In this document: positions 1 through 8,696 of the stretch, one piece after another
How the letters are laid out: each line of letters begins with the position of its first letter
Position numbering within the stretch: position 1 is the first letter of the stretch
Assembly (NCBI GenBank): GCA_965219685.1
Contig: CBDCOH010000002.1
Span: forward strand, 1,184,001 to 1,248,000
Source of the DNA: Candidatus Spongiisociaceae bacterium
GTDB taxonomy: Bacteria > Actinomycetota > Acidimicrobiia > Spongiisociales > Spongiisociaceae
Reading direction: 5' to 3'
Length of the DNA: 64,000 nucleotides
Position numbers and translations under genes: made by a program
Notes under the pieces: model-generated
Database searches by the model: none
Told to the model about the DNA's origin: nothing
Seen by the model: only the letters and a program-made list of their open reading frames with translations

Positions 1-417
1 AGCGGCCTGGACCCGCTGGGTGTGGAGGACATGGCCCGTATCTTGCGACAAAGTGCCCGGTCCGGCGTGGCGGTCCTGTTCTCGAGCCATCAACTGGACT
101 TGGTGGAGGACCTGTGCGACGACGTGGCGATCATCAACCGGGGACGGGTGGTGCTGGCCGGTGATGTCAGATGGCTCAAGGATCGGGCCAGGTACCGGCG
201 CCTGGAACTGGACACGGACAGTCCGGCAGGATTCCTTGAGCGCATTCCCGGCGCGGAACTCGTACAGTCCCGGGGCAGCCGGCACACCGTCCTCGTACCC
301 GCGGAGGCCGACGTTCACGAGCTCTTCGGCATGGTGCCGGAGAAGGTACGGATGAGGGAGTTCTCCTACCGGCCCCCGACCCTGTCCGACCTTTTCAAAG
401 AGGCTGTGGCCGGATGA
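1..417 (+). CDS. ABC transporter ATP-binding protein (NatA/DrrA-like), 5'-truncated by the window edge
   Basis: Frame open from base 1 (SGLDP...LFSSHQLDLVEDLCDDVAII: D-loop/H-loop region); stop overlaps the permease start (ATGA). Confidence 0.85.
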   Translation, partial: SGLDPLGVEDMARILRQSARSGVAVLFSSHQLDLVEDLCDDVAIINRGRVVLAGDVRWLKDRARYRRLELDTDSPAGFLERIPGAELVQSRGSRHTVLVPAEADVHELFGMVPEKVRMREFSYRPPTLSDLFKEAVAG

Positions 418-1619
418 ACGGTATGCGTGCGATCGGTCTGGTAACCGTACGCGAGCTACGCGAGCGGGGCCTCAGCAAATCGTACCTGGTCAGCTGGTTG
501 ATTCTGGCCGTTCTGATCGGGGCCGGTTTCGCCGTGCCCCTGCTGTTCGACGGCGGCGCCGACGAAGGGCCCACCTACCGGCTCGGCCTGGTCGGCCAGG
601 ATGGGACGAGGACCGTCGAAGCGGCGCGCTCGGTGCTCACGGACTCGGGCCGGGCGGGGGTCATCAAGGCCTCGTCCTTCGACAATCGTGAGGATGCGAA
701 CAGGGCTCTGGCCGAGGAGCAGGTCGATGCGCTGCTGGTCGAGGACCGCGAGCTGGTTGTGGGGGAGTCGGCCGGCACCCAGTTGGAGAGGCTGGTGCAG
801 CAGGGCGCGCTCCGTGCCCGGCTCGAGGAGATGGCGGCGTCGGGCGAGGCCACGGAGCGGGTGGTCGAACTCCTCTCCGGGCAGGTGATCGAGGTCACCC
901 GCGCTATCCCGGAGTCCGACGAGAACTCGGAGGCCCGGCAGTTCCTGATCGGTCAGGCAGCTCTCGTGCTTCTCTTCATGGCCATCATGATGACCGGATC
1001 CTGGGTCCTGCTGGGCGTGACCGAGGAAAAGACCAGCAGGGTGGTCGAGGTCCTGCTGGCCGCGGTCCGACCCTGGCACCTGCTCTCAGGCAAGATCGTG
1101 GGGGTGGGAATCCTCGGACTCCTGCAGTTCGGCGTCGTCGCCGGCGGGCTGGTGCTGGGAATCCGCCTCGTCTTCGGCCCTGACCTGATCCAGGAGGTGG
1201 ATGCCGCATTGCTGGCCACTCTGCTCCTATGGTTCGTCCTGGGGTACGCGGTCTACGCGGTCGCGTACGCGGCGGTTGGCGCTGTGACCTCCCGACCCGA
1301 AGATGCGCAGAACGCCGCCTTCCCGATGACGATGGTTGCCCTCGTCGGCTACCTGGTCGGGATCCTCTACGTGGGCAACCACCCAGACGCCCCCCTCTCA
1401 GTGGTGCTATCCCTCATACCCATGACAGCTCCCTTCGTGATACCGGTCCGGGCGGTTTCCGACTCGGTTGCCGCCTGGGAACAGCTCCTGGCTGCGGCAT
1501 TGACGGTCGGGTTCGGCTGGTGGCTCATCAGGGCCGCGGGCCGGGTCTACGCCGGGGGCGTGTTCAAGTACCAGCGCCGCGTCAAGCTACGGGAGGCATT
1601 CCGCTCGGCGGAGTTCTGA
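414..1619 (+). CDS. ABC-2 type transporter permease (NatB-like)
   Basis: 401 aa; N-terminal TM, soluble domain, EEKTSRVVEVLL motif, multiple C-terminal TM helices. Confidence 0.85.
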   Translation: MNGMRAIGLVTVRELRERGLSKSYLVSWLILAVLIGAGFAVPLLFDGGADEGPTYRLGLVGQDGTRTVEAARSVLTDSGRAGVIKASSFDNREDANRALAEEQVDALLVEDRELVVGESAGTQLERLVQQGALRARLEEMAASGEATERVVELLSGQVIEVTRAIPESDENSEARQFLIGQAALVLLFMAIMMTGSWVLLGVTEEKTSRVVEVLLAAVRPWHLLSGKIVGVGILGLLQFGVVAGGLVLGIRLVFGPDLIQEVDAALLATLLLWFVLGYAVYAVAYAAVGAVTSRPEDAQNAAFPMTMVALVGYLVGILYVGNHPDAPLSVVLSLIPMTAPFVIPVRAVSDSVAAWEQLLAAALTVGFGWWLIRAAGRVYAGGVFKYQRRVKLREAFRSAEF

Positions 1620-1624
1620 GGGTT

Positions 1625-1742
1625 GTGGCTGGTGGCTGGTGGCTGGTGGCTGGTGCATCGTGGTAACGTTTATCGTTTGTCACCATTCACCATTCACCAT
1701 TCACCATTCACCATTCACCATCCGCTAGCCACCAACCACCAA
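1625..1742. repeat. Heptamer tandem repeats (TGGCTGG)x4 and (TCACCAT)x6, roughly inverted relative to each other
   Basis: Read directly between the convergent permease and leuS stops. Confidence 0.9.
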
Positions 1743-4463
1743 GTTGAGCAGTTTGGGCCGTCGGTCGACCACCCGCCGGACCCGGGCTCCGGCGATGTGA
1801 CGATCGACGTTGGGAGCGGCGAGAGCCATCTCGAGCGCGTCCGATGCGGAAACCTCGACCGGCACCTCCAGGCGGGCGCGCACCTTACCGTTGACTTGGA
1901 CGACCATCGTGACGGTATCCTCGGCGGCTGCCTGCTCGTCGGCTACGGGCCAGGACTGGAGGTGGACGCTCTCCGCATTTCCCAACTCCCGCCAGACCTC
2001 TTCCGAGACGTGCGGGGCGATCGGAGCCAGGAGCAGCGTCAGGATCGAAAGAGCCTCCTGCCAGGCCCCCTGGTCGACGTTGCGATCCGCGAGGGCGGAA
2101 TGCATCGCGTTGCGCAGTTTCATCAACTCGGCCACCGCGGTGTTCCAACGGAGCCGGTCGAGGTCGTTGCCGACTTTCGTGATCGCCTGGTGGGCTGCTC
2201 GCCTCAAGGAAGCGGTGGCGCCGGTGTCGACCGTGTCCGCACTGTACGCCGCCCGGCCGAGCCGCCAGACATCGGCGATGAACCGCTCGGCTCCCCGGAT
2301 GCCGCGGCTATCCCAGGGACCCCCCTTCTCCCACTCGAAGGCGAACATGAGGTAGGTACGGACCGTGTCGGCGCCGAACTCGTCGACCAAGTCGTCGGGG
2401 TTCACGACGTTGCCTCTCGACTTCGACATGCGCTGGACATCGAGCCGGTGGCGGAGCTGCGAAACGGTGTTGGCGCCGGGAATGGCCGGGATCCGGACTT
2501 CCGCATTGAGAAGGACCTGCACCGTCACCGTTTCCTCCGAATCGGGCAACTGTACGACCATCATCCGCTCGGTACGGCTCACTATCTCCCCTGCGACGCC
2601 ATCGGCGGACTGCGGGCGCGCCGCCGTATCCGCAACCACGGTCACCGAAGTGGCTGCCACCCGGTCGCCGTCCCTGTGACCCTCCACCACCACGAGATCG
2701 CCGGCTCGTTCCTCACCCAGGACCTGGCCCTGGTTGCGCAGCATCACCATCGGCTCGTCGAACAGCCCCTCCGGATTCCGTCCATGGGACCGCATGCACA
2801 TCGCGGTCGAGTCGTAAAGGCCCATGTCGCGCATGGCCTTGGTGAAGAACCTCGTGTAGAGCAGGTGCATCACCGCATGCTCGGCGCCTCCCGTGTAGAC
2901 GTCGACGGGAAGCCAGTAGGCGGCCTCCTCGGGGTCGAAAGGACCCTGATCGAAGTCGGGACTGAGGTAACGGAGCTGATACCACGAGGAGCACATGAAG
3001 GTGTCCATCGTGTCCGTCTCCCTGGTGGCGGGCCGACCGCCGGTGTCCACCGTGTTCAGGAAGTCCCCGTGGTAGGTCAGCGGGCTCCTGCCGGTCGGCA
3101 CGAACTCGACGTCCTCGGGTAGCTCCACCGGAAGCGACCCGTCCGGCACCAGCTCCATGGCTCCGTCGTGGCGGTAGACCACCGGTATGGGGCTTCCCCA
3201 GTAGCGCTGCCGGCTTATCAGCCAGTCCCGTAGGCGGTACTGGATCGCCCGCCGACCGTGACCGTTCGCCTCCAGCCACTCGATCATGGCTTCCTTGGCC
3301 TCGGCCATGAACAGGCCGTCGAGGAAGCCGGAGTTGATGGAGGGACCGTCACCTTCATACGCCTTGCCCTCGAACCCCTCGGGCGGCTGAACCGTGCGGA
3401 CGATCGGCAGCCCGTAGCGTTCCGCGAACTCCCAGTCGCGCTCATCCTCGGCGGGGACGGCCATGATCGCACCGGTGCCGTAGCTCATCAGCACGTAGTC
3501 GGCGATCCAGACCGGGATGTCTTGGCCGGTGACCGGATTGAGGGCAGATCCACCCGTGAAGACCCCGTTCTTCTCCCTGGTCAGGTCGGTGCGCTGTATT
3601 TCGGAGCGCTGCCCCGCGTAGTCCCGGTAGTGGGCTACCGCACCGCTCTGTTCGGGAGTGGTCAGCACGTCCACCAGCGGATGCTCGGGTGCCAGCACCA
3701 TGAAGGTGGCCCCGTGGAGGGTGTCGGGACGGGTGGTGAAGACCTCGATGGGGTCCGCTCCGTCCACCGGGAAGCGCACCCGGGCGCCGACGGACCGGCC
3801 GATCCAGTTGGTCTGCATCGCCTTGACCGGCTCGGGCCAGTCGAGGCCTTCGAACTCGAGCAACTCCTCCGCGTAGTCGGTGATCCGGAAGAACCACTGC
3901 TCCATCATGCGCTGCACGACGGGCTGCCCGGTACGCTCGTCCTTCCCGTCGATCACCTGCTCGTTGGCGAGAACGGTTTGGAGGGTGGGCGACCAGTTCA
4001 CCAGCGCCTCGCCCCGGTAGGCCAAGCCGGCTTCGTACAGGCGGGAGAAGAACCACTCGGTCCAGCGGTAGTACTCGGGAGTGCAGGAGACCGCCTCCCG
4101 GCTCCAGTCGATCATCGTCCCCATCGACCGCAGCTGGCGCCGCATCCTCTCGATGTTCGAGTACGTCCACGTCCACGGATGGATGTTGGCCTGCACCGCG
4201 GCGTTCTCGGCCGGGAGCCCGAACGCGTCGAACCCCATCGGGAACAGCACGTTGTAGCCCTTCATGCGCATGTATCGCGCTCGCGCATCGGAGGGGGTCA
4301 TGGCGTACCAGTGACCGATGTGCAGGTCGCCGCTCGGATACGGAAGCATGGTTAGGGCGTAGTGCTTCGGCCGGCTCCAGTCGACCCTTGACCGGTAGAT
4401 CCCGGCCTCGTCCCATTCCCTCTGCCAGCGAGCCTCAACCTCGCGATGGTCGTATCTGTTCAC
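1725..4463 (-). CDS. leuS: Leucine--tRNA ligase
   Basis: 912 aa; MLPYPSGDLHIGH (HIGH), editing domain FTTRPDTL/GTGAIMAVP, RDWLISRQRYWG, RMSKS, VQVNGKVR. Confidence 0.98.
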   Translation of the reverse strand: MNRYDHREVEARWQREWDEAGIYRSRVDWSRPKHYALTMLPYPSGDLHIGHWYAMTPSDARARYMRMKGYNVLFPMGFDAFGLPAENAAVQANIHPWTWTYSNIERMRRQLRSMGTMIDWSREAVSCTPEYYRWTEWFFSRLYEAGLAYRGEALVNWSPTLQTVLANEQVIDGKDERTGQPVVQRMMEQWFFRITDYAEELLEFEGLDWPEPVKAMQTNWIGRSVGARVRFPVDGADPIEVFTTRPDTLHGATFMVLAPEHPLVDVLTTPEQSGAVAHYRDYAGQRSEIQRTDLTREKNGVFTGGSALNPVTGQDIPVWIADYVLMSYGTGAIMAVPAEDERDWEFAERYGLPIVRTVQPPEGFEGKAYEGDGPSINSGFLDGLFMAEAKEAMIEWLEANGHGRRAIQYRLRDWLISRQRYWGSPIPVVYRHDGAMELVPDGSLPVELPEDVEFVPTGRSPLTYHGDFLNTVDTGGRPATRETDTMDTFMCSSWYQLRYLSPDFDQGPFDPEEAAYWLPVDVYTGGAEHAVMHLLYTRFFTKAMRDMGLYDSTAMCMRSHGRNPEGLFDEPMVMLRNQGQVLGEERAGDLVVVEGHRDGDRVAATSVTVVADTAARPQSADGVAGEIVSRTERMMVVQLPDSEETVTVQVLLNAEVRIPAIPGANTVSQLRHRLDVQRMSKSRGNVVNPDDLVDEFGADTVRTYLMFAFEWEKGGPWDSRGIRGAERFIADVWRLGRAAYSADTVDTGATASLRRAAHQAITKVGNDLDRLRWNTAVAELMKLRNAMHSALADRNVDQGAWQEALSILTLLLAPIAPHVSEEVWRELGNAESVHLQSWPVADEQAAAEDTVTMVVQVNGKVRARLEVPVEVSASDALEMALAAPNVDRHIAGARVRRVVDRRPKLLNLVVGG

Positions 4464-4585
4464 GGCGGTGATCCTATCGCAGTGCCGGACCCTTGTGATC
4501 GCCGTCCGCGCGATCGGTCATCTCGCGGACCCGGCGACCTGCAGGTACTGTTCCGGTCTGACGGAGTCAAGCGGAGGAACGACAG

Positions 4586-5347
4586 TTGCGGCCCATGGTG
4601 GCGGTCACCACATCGATGAGGGCCCTGGACACCTATCTGGGCCGTGGCGTCGAAATCCACACGTTGCTCGGGACCTACGCGGATGCACTCGACCGGGCAG
4701 GGGCCGCCCAGTTGATGGTGGGTCGTATGCATCCTGGGGACGCACAACGTGTGCTGGAAGGGGTGGCCGGCCTGGTAGTCACGGGCGGACGGGACCTCGA
4801 CCCGGACCTTTACGGGCAGGAGAAGACCGCCAGTGTGGGAATCTACGGGCCCGACGACAGCCGCGACATCGCTCTGCTCTTGGAGGCGCACCGGAGAAGT
4901 ATGCCCGTACTGGCGATTTGTCGGGGCCTGCAGGCGGTGAACGTCGCTCTCGGTGGCGAACTCCACCAGCACATGCTCTCGGATTCGGACCCCGAACACC
5001 CGACCCCTGCCCGTGAGCCCGCCGAACGCAACGCCCATCGGCATTCGGTCCGCCTTCTTCCGGGCAGCCGGCTGGCGTCGATCTACGGCACGACCGACCG
5101 GCAGGTCAACTCGCTCCATCACCAGGCCATCTCCCGGGTCGCTCCCGGGTTGGCGGTGGTGGGGCGAACCCCGGGTGGGGCCATAGAGGCGGTCGAGAGC
5201 ACCGACCCGGCCTGGCCGTTGCTGGCCGTGCAGTGGCATCCGGAGATGCTCGAGCCCGAGGAAGAGGCCGGGTTGTTCGAGGCGTTCGTCGGGGATGCCA
5301 GGGCCTACGCTCTGGACCCGGCGCCGCGGTCGCGCGCGACGGCGTGA
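4586..5347 (+). CDS. Gamma-glutamyl-gamma-aminobutyrate hydrolase family protein (peptidase C26, class I glutamine amidotransferase-like)
   Basis: TGGRDLDP, LAICRGLQ, VNSLHHQ, VQWHPE motifs; start uncertain. Confidence 0.9.
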   Translation: MRPMVAVTTSMRALDTYLGRGVEIHTLLGTYADALDRAGAAQLMVGRMHPGDAQRVLEGVAGLVVTGGRDLDPDLYGQEKTASVGIYGPDDSRDIALLLEAHRRSMPVLAICRGLQAVNVALGGELHQHMLSDSDPEHPTPAREPAERNAHRHSVRLLPGSRLASIYGTTDRQVNSLHHQAISRVAPGLAVVGRTPGGAIEAVESTDPAWPLLAVQWHPEMLEPEEEAGLFEAFVGDARAYALDPAPRSRATA

Positions 5348-5501
5348 GTCACGGCGGAAGGAGACACCATGAACCGGACTCCGTTGATCGGTACGTCGAC
5401 ATCCGAGGTCTGCACCTCCCATCGGGGACTGCCGGATTCAGCCGGACACAGGCAAAGCGACAGGTTGAACTCCGGACTCGGGTGCAGAGCGGAACCGAGG
5501 G

Positions 5502-5574
5502 TGGAGCTGACGGGATTTGAACCCGTGACCTCTTGCATGCCATGCAAGCGCTCTGCCAACTGAGCTACAGCCCC
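5502..5574 (-). tRNA. tRNA-Ala(GGC)
   Basis: GGGGCTGTAGCTCAGTTGGCAGAGCG-CTTGC ATGGCAT GCAAG-...GGTTCAAATCCC...AGCTCCA cloverleaf. Confidence 0.97.
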
Positions 5575-5679
5575 GCGCGTGCCCACCGGATTCCTACGGA
5601 ACGAAAGTGAGCAAGCCCAGTCTACCAACCTTGCAGCCGTTGAAGCACAAGCAGGCGGCGTCAGGTGGTTCGCGGGTCC

Positions 5680-6102
5680 TCAGCCGGTCGATGCCGACCC
5701 GTCGACATCCAGGGTAGGGGCCCAGGGAACGCGGGGAGCGTCACCCCAGAGCCGCTCGAGAGAGTAGAGATCCCGCGCCGCCGGCTGGAAGATGTGCACC
5801 GCTAGGTCGCCGTAGTCGAGTAGCACCCACTCCGCGGTGTCCATGCCCTCTAGCCGGAGAGGTGTCCGCCCGTACCGTTCGAGCTCCCCATCCACCTCCT
5901 CTGCGAGGGTCCGCACCTGCCGCTTGGAGGTGCCGGACGCGATGACGAAGGTGTCAACGATTCCGAGGAGATCACCCATGTCGAGAATCACGATGTCGCG
6001 TCCCTGCTTGCCGTCCATCGCATCCGCGGCAACCGATGCCAACTTCTCCGGATGGAGGTCGATCGTGGCTGTGTCCGCTGGTTGCCGGTCTGTGATGCTC
6101 AC
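5680..6102 (-). CDS. rsfS: Ribosome silencing factor RsfS
   Basis: DTFVIASGTSKRQVRTLAEEV, WVLLDYGDLAVHIF, YSLERLWGD; next to nadD. Confidence 0.95.
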   Translation of the reverse strand: MSITDRQPADTATIDLHPEKLASVAADAMDGKQGRDIVILDMGDLLGIVDTFVIASGTSKRQVRTLAEEVDGELERYGRTPLRLEGMDTAEWVLLDYGDLAVHIFQPAARDLYSLERLWGDAPRVPWAPTLDVDGSASTG

Positions 6103-6158
6103 CCGTTCCTGGTCGACATCTGTGTGGCTGACACTTCCAGCATAGTGACGTGAGCTTC

Positions 6159-6758
6159 CTACCGGCGGTCAATCCGATTCGATGCCCTCGATGGCACGTA
6201 CAGGCGGTGGGTGACGATGTAGTTGCGCACCGGCTCCCGGACCAGGAACCGCAGGCTGTGGCCGATGGCGGCCCGTCTCCGGAGTTCGGTGCCCGAGATG
6301 GCCAGGGCCGGAACGTCCAGCCAGTGGAGCGACTCTCCCACCGCCTCCTGCACCGTAGCCCTGGCGGTTCCCGTTCGGGGAGCGACCGCGATGCGGGCCC
6401 GTTCCAGCACCTCCTCGGACCGGTGCCATGACCGGATGCGGGCCGCGGCATCCGCTCCCAGGATCAAGGTTGGTTTCACCCCCTCCAGATCCATGAGGGT
6501 GTCGATCGTGTACGAGGACCCGGGCCGCGCGATCTCACTGTTGTCAGCCTTCATATAGGGGATGTCCGAGGTAGCGGCGAGTGTCATCCCCCATCGGTGT
6601 CTCGCGGCCGTTACCGGCGTTCCCGCCTTCTGCCAGGGGATTCCGGCGGGTAGGAACCTTACGTGGTCGAGATCGAGCTGTCTGAACGCGGCTTCGGCCA
6701 CCACCATGTGGGCGACATGGGGTGGATCGAACGTTCCTCCGAGCAAGCCGACCCGCAT
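6159..6758 (-). CDS. nadD: Nicotinate-nucleotide adenylyltransferase
   Basis: GGTFDPPHVAH, SYTIDTL, ILGAD, ISGTELR. Confidence 0.95.
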   Translation of the reverse strand: MRVGLLGGTFDPPHVAHMVVAEAAFRQLDLDHVRFLPAGIPWQKAGTPVTAARHRWGMTLAATSDIPYMKADNSEIARPGSSYTIDTLMDLEGVKPTLILGADAAARIRSWHRSEEVLERARIAVAPRTGTARATVQEAVGESLHWLDVPALAISGTELRRRAAIGHSLRFLVREPVRNYIVTHRLYVPSRASNRIDRR

Positions 6759-6944
6759 GCGCAGAGGCTACCGGTCGAAGCCCCGGTCCCGTTCGTGGCT
6801 GTCTTCGTCCTGCCCGGCATCGGGGTCACCGAAGTCTCCATTGCGTGGATCCAGGGAGGTGCCATCGGTGCCGGAAGACGCCCGACACCCCAGGGAGCGG
6901 GAAGACAGACCCCGAGAACGCGAAAAACACTCATACTTGTAGGG

Positions 6945-7125
6945 TCCTCCTCGGCTGGGGGCCGGGTCTGACCCACGCGAAAACTGGCGTTTGGTGCCTT
7001 TCCCACGATCTGTCGACCTGGCCCTAGCCGGGAGCCCTGAACCGGGGAGCGGGGTGACCTTATAGGAGCTTCGACTTCTCCACCTTGAGTGTTCTGTCCG
7101 CCGCTCTGCCCGGCTCAGGGGGACT
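6945..7125 (+). ncRNA. Putative IS110 bridge RNA (target-binding loop plus donor-binding loop)
   Basis: Guides ACGCGAAAA (6975-6983), CCACGAT (7003-7009), ATAGGAGC (7062-7069) and TGAGTGTT (7086-7093) match target and donor halves and lie in loops closed by stems (GGTCTGAC/GTCGACC; CCCTGA-CCGGG-GAGCGG/CCGCTC-CCCGG-TCAGGG); RNA boundaries approximate. Confidence 0.8.
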
Positions 7126-7158
7126 TGGAATTGTAGGCAGCTAGCGGGAGGTGGGCAC

Positions 7159-8394
7159 ATGGAAGAGCAAGATCGAGCCGATGGCATGGTTGTGGTCGGT
7201 GGGGTGGATACGCATCGGGATACCCATGTTGGGGCGGTGGTCGATGCCGCGGGTCGGCTGTTGGGATCGGCCCAGTTCCGGGCTGATGCCACTGGCTATG
7301 GGCAACTGGTTGCCTGGATGGAGTCGTGGGGTCGGGTCAGCCGGGTCGGGGTGGAAGGGACTGGCAGCTACGGTGCCGGCCTCGCCCGTCACCTCGGCGG
7401 GGCCGACATAGAGGTGGTGGAGGTGAACCGTCCCAACCGGCAGCTACGCCGCCGGCGGGGCAAGGACGACCACACCGACGCCGAAGCAGCAGCTCGGGCA
7501 GCTCTGAATGGTGAAGCAACCGCGGTGCCCAAGTCCGGCGACGGGCCGGTCGAGTGGATACGGATGCTGTCAGTAACCCGCCGCTCCGCCGTCAAGGCCC
7601 GCACCCAGGCCGCCAACCAACTCCATGCCTTGGTGGTTGGTGCCCCAGAGCCGATAAAGGACCAGCTAAAGGGCATGAAACTCAGAGCCCGCGTCCGGGT
7701 GTGCGCCCGGTTCCGACCCAGCGGAGAGTCCTCTGTCAGCTACGCTAAGCAGGCTCTCCGCCGCCTGGCCCGCCGCTACCAGGTCCTCGACACCGAGATC
7801 GCAGAGCTCGATGTCGAGATCCGCCGTCTCTGCGCCAAGGCCAACCCGGCCCTGTTGGCCGCCAACGGTGTCGGCCCCGACACAGCCGCCAAGCTGCTGG
7901 TCGCAGCCGGCGACAATCCCGAGCGTATGAAATCGGAACGATCCTTCGCTGCGCTGTGCGGTGTCAGCCCTGTGCAGGCGTCGTCTGGGCGAAGGGTTCG
8001 GCATCGTCTCAGCCGGGGCGGCAACCGCCAAGCAAACAGCGCCCTGTGGCGGATCGCTACCAACCGGATGCGTACCGACGCCGCCACCAAAGCCTACGCG
8101 GCACGACGCAAGGCCGAGGGGAAGAAGAGAAAGGAGATCATCCGCTGCCTCAAGCGGCACATCGCCCGAGAAACCTACCGTCTCCTCACCAACCCGCCAC
8201 CAACCCCGAACTGCGCCCGGCTACGCAGCCGACGTCAACAACGCGGAATCACCGTCACCGAGGCCGCCCGAACTCTCGGAACCTACCCCAGCCGCATCTC
8301 AGCACTCGAGCTCGGCCGAGACCACAACCACCAACTCGCTACCCGATACCAGAGGTGGCTCCGAACTCCCGAACCGGCCCCGTCCCCGACTTGA
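7159..8394 (+). CDS. IS110-family DEDD recombinase/transposase with an additional C-terminal HTH
   Basis: GGVDTH, GVEGTGSYG, KDDHTDA, GVSPVQASSG (catalytic Ser), RGGNRQANSAL; RBS GGGAGG upstream. Confidence 0.95.
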   Translation: MEEQDRADGMVVVGGVDTHRDTHVGAVVDAAGRLLGSAQFRADATGYGQLVAWMESWGRVSRVGVEGTGSYGAGLARHLGGADIEVVEVNRPNRQLRRRRGKDDHTDAEAAARAALNGEATAVPKSGDGPVEWIRMLSVTRRSAVKARTQAANQLHALVVGAPEPIKDQLKGMKLRARVRVCARFRPSGESSVSYAKQALRRLARRYQVLDTEIAELDVEIRRLCAKANPALLAANGVGPDTAAKLLVAAGDNPERMKSERSFAALCGVSPVQASSGRRVRHRLSRGGNRQANSALWRIATNRMRTDAATKAYAARRKAEGKKRKEIIRCLKRHIARETYRLLTNPPPTPNCARLRSRRQQRGITVTEAARTLGTYPSRISALELGRDHNHQLATRYQRWLRTPEPAPSPT

Positions 8395-8696
8395 CAAACA
8401 TAGGAGCATCGTGGAGATCGGCTTCCACACAGGGCCCGCCCCCACCGCCACCTCCTCGAATCCCGGACGCGTCCTGCCGCCTCCCCCCTACGGGTCGCTC
8501 CGGGTGCATGATCCCTGCCCGGTCCGTTCGGTACCGCCTTCGGACCGTTGGTGTCTACGGCTACTTACCAGTATGCGACGGCGCTGTGACACGGGCCCAT
8601 CGAGAAGCTTGAAACCTCGGAGGGTTGCGAGCGCGGAGGGTGTGCCGTTCTCGGACGGAGATGCTGGCCGCGAGGAACTGAACACCCGCCAACCCT

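Larger units (their letters stand above)
6927..8408 (+). mobile_element. IS110-family insertion sequence; ends inferred from bridge-RNA guide matches, exact crossover within the A-run uncertain by 1-3 nt
   Basis: DEDD recombinase gene, ~230-bp structured left non-coding end, right end TTGACAAACATAGGAGCA, no TIR/TSD; it interrupts a repeat whose halves rejoin. Confidence 0.88.
6912..8591 (-). repeat. Dispersed ~190-bp element, copy 1, split by IS110 (pieces 6912-6926 and 8409-8591)
   Basis: CCGAGAACGCGAAAA left of the IS; GGGCCCGCCCCC-ACCGCCACCTCC...GGTCCGTTCGGTACCG...CGGACCG...TACGGCT...CCAGTATGC...GTGACA right of it; colinear with copies 2 and 3. Confidence 0.85.

Noticed and set aside
1623-3122. 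Long antisense ORFs (e.g. 1623-3122, 15506-16969, 23845-26082, 29068-30855, 38305-39936, 41750-43471)
   Set aside because: Shadow frames of real genes in high-GC DNA; no recognisable motifs
6932-8409. Alternative IS110 boundaries with a CAT or CA core
   Set aside because: Possible from the flanks alone, but the single-A crossover fits all four guide segments best and gives TTGACA-N17-CATACT; left as a minor uncertainty
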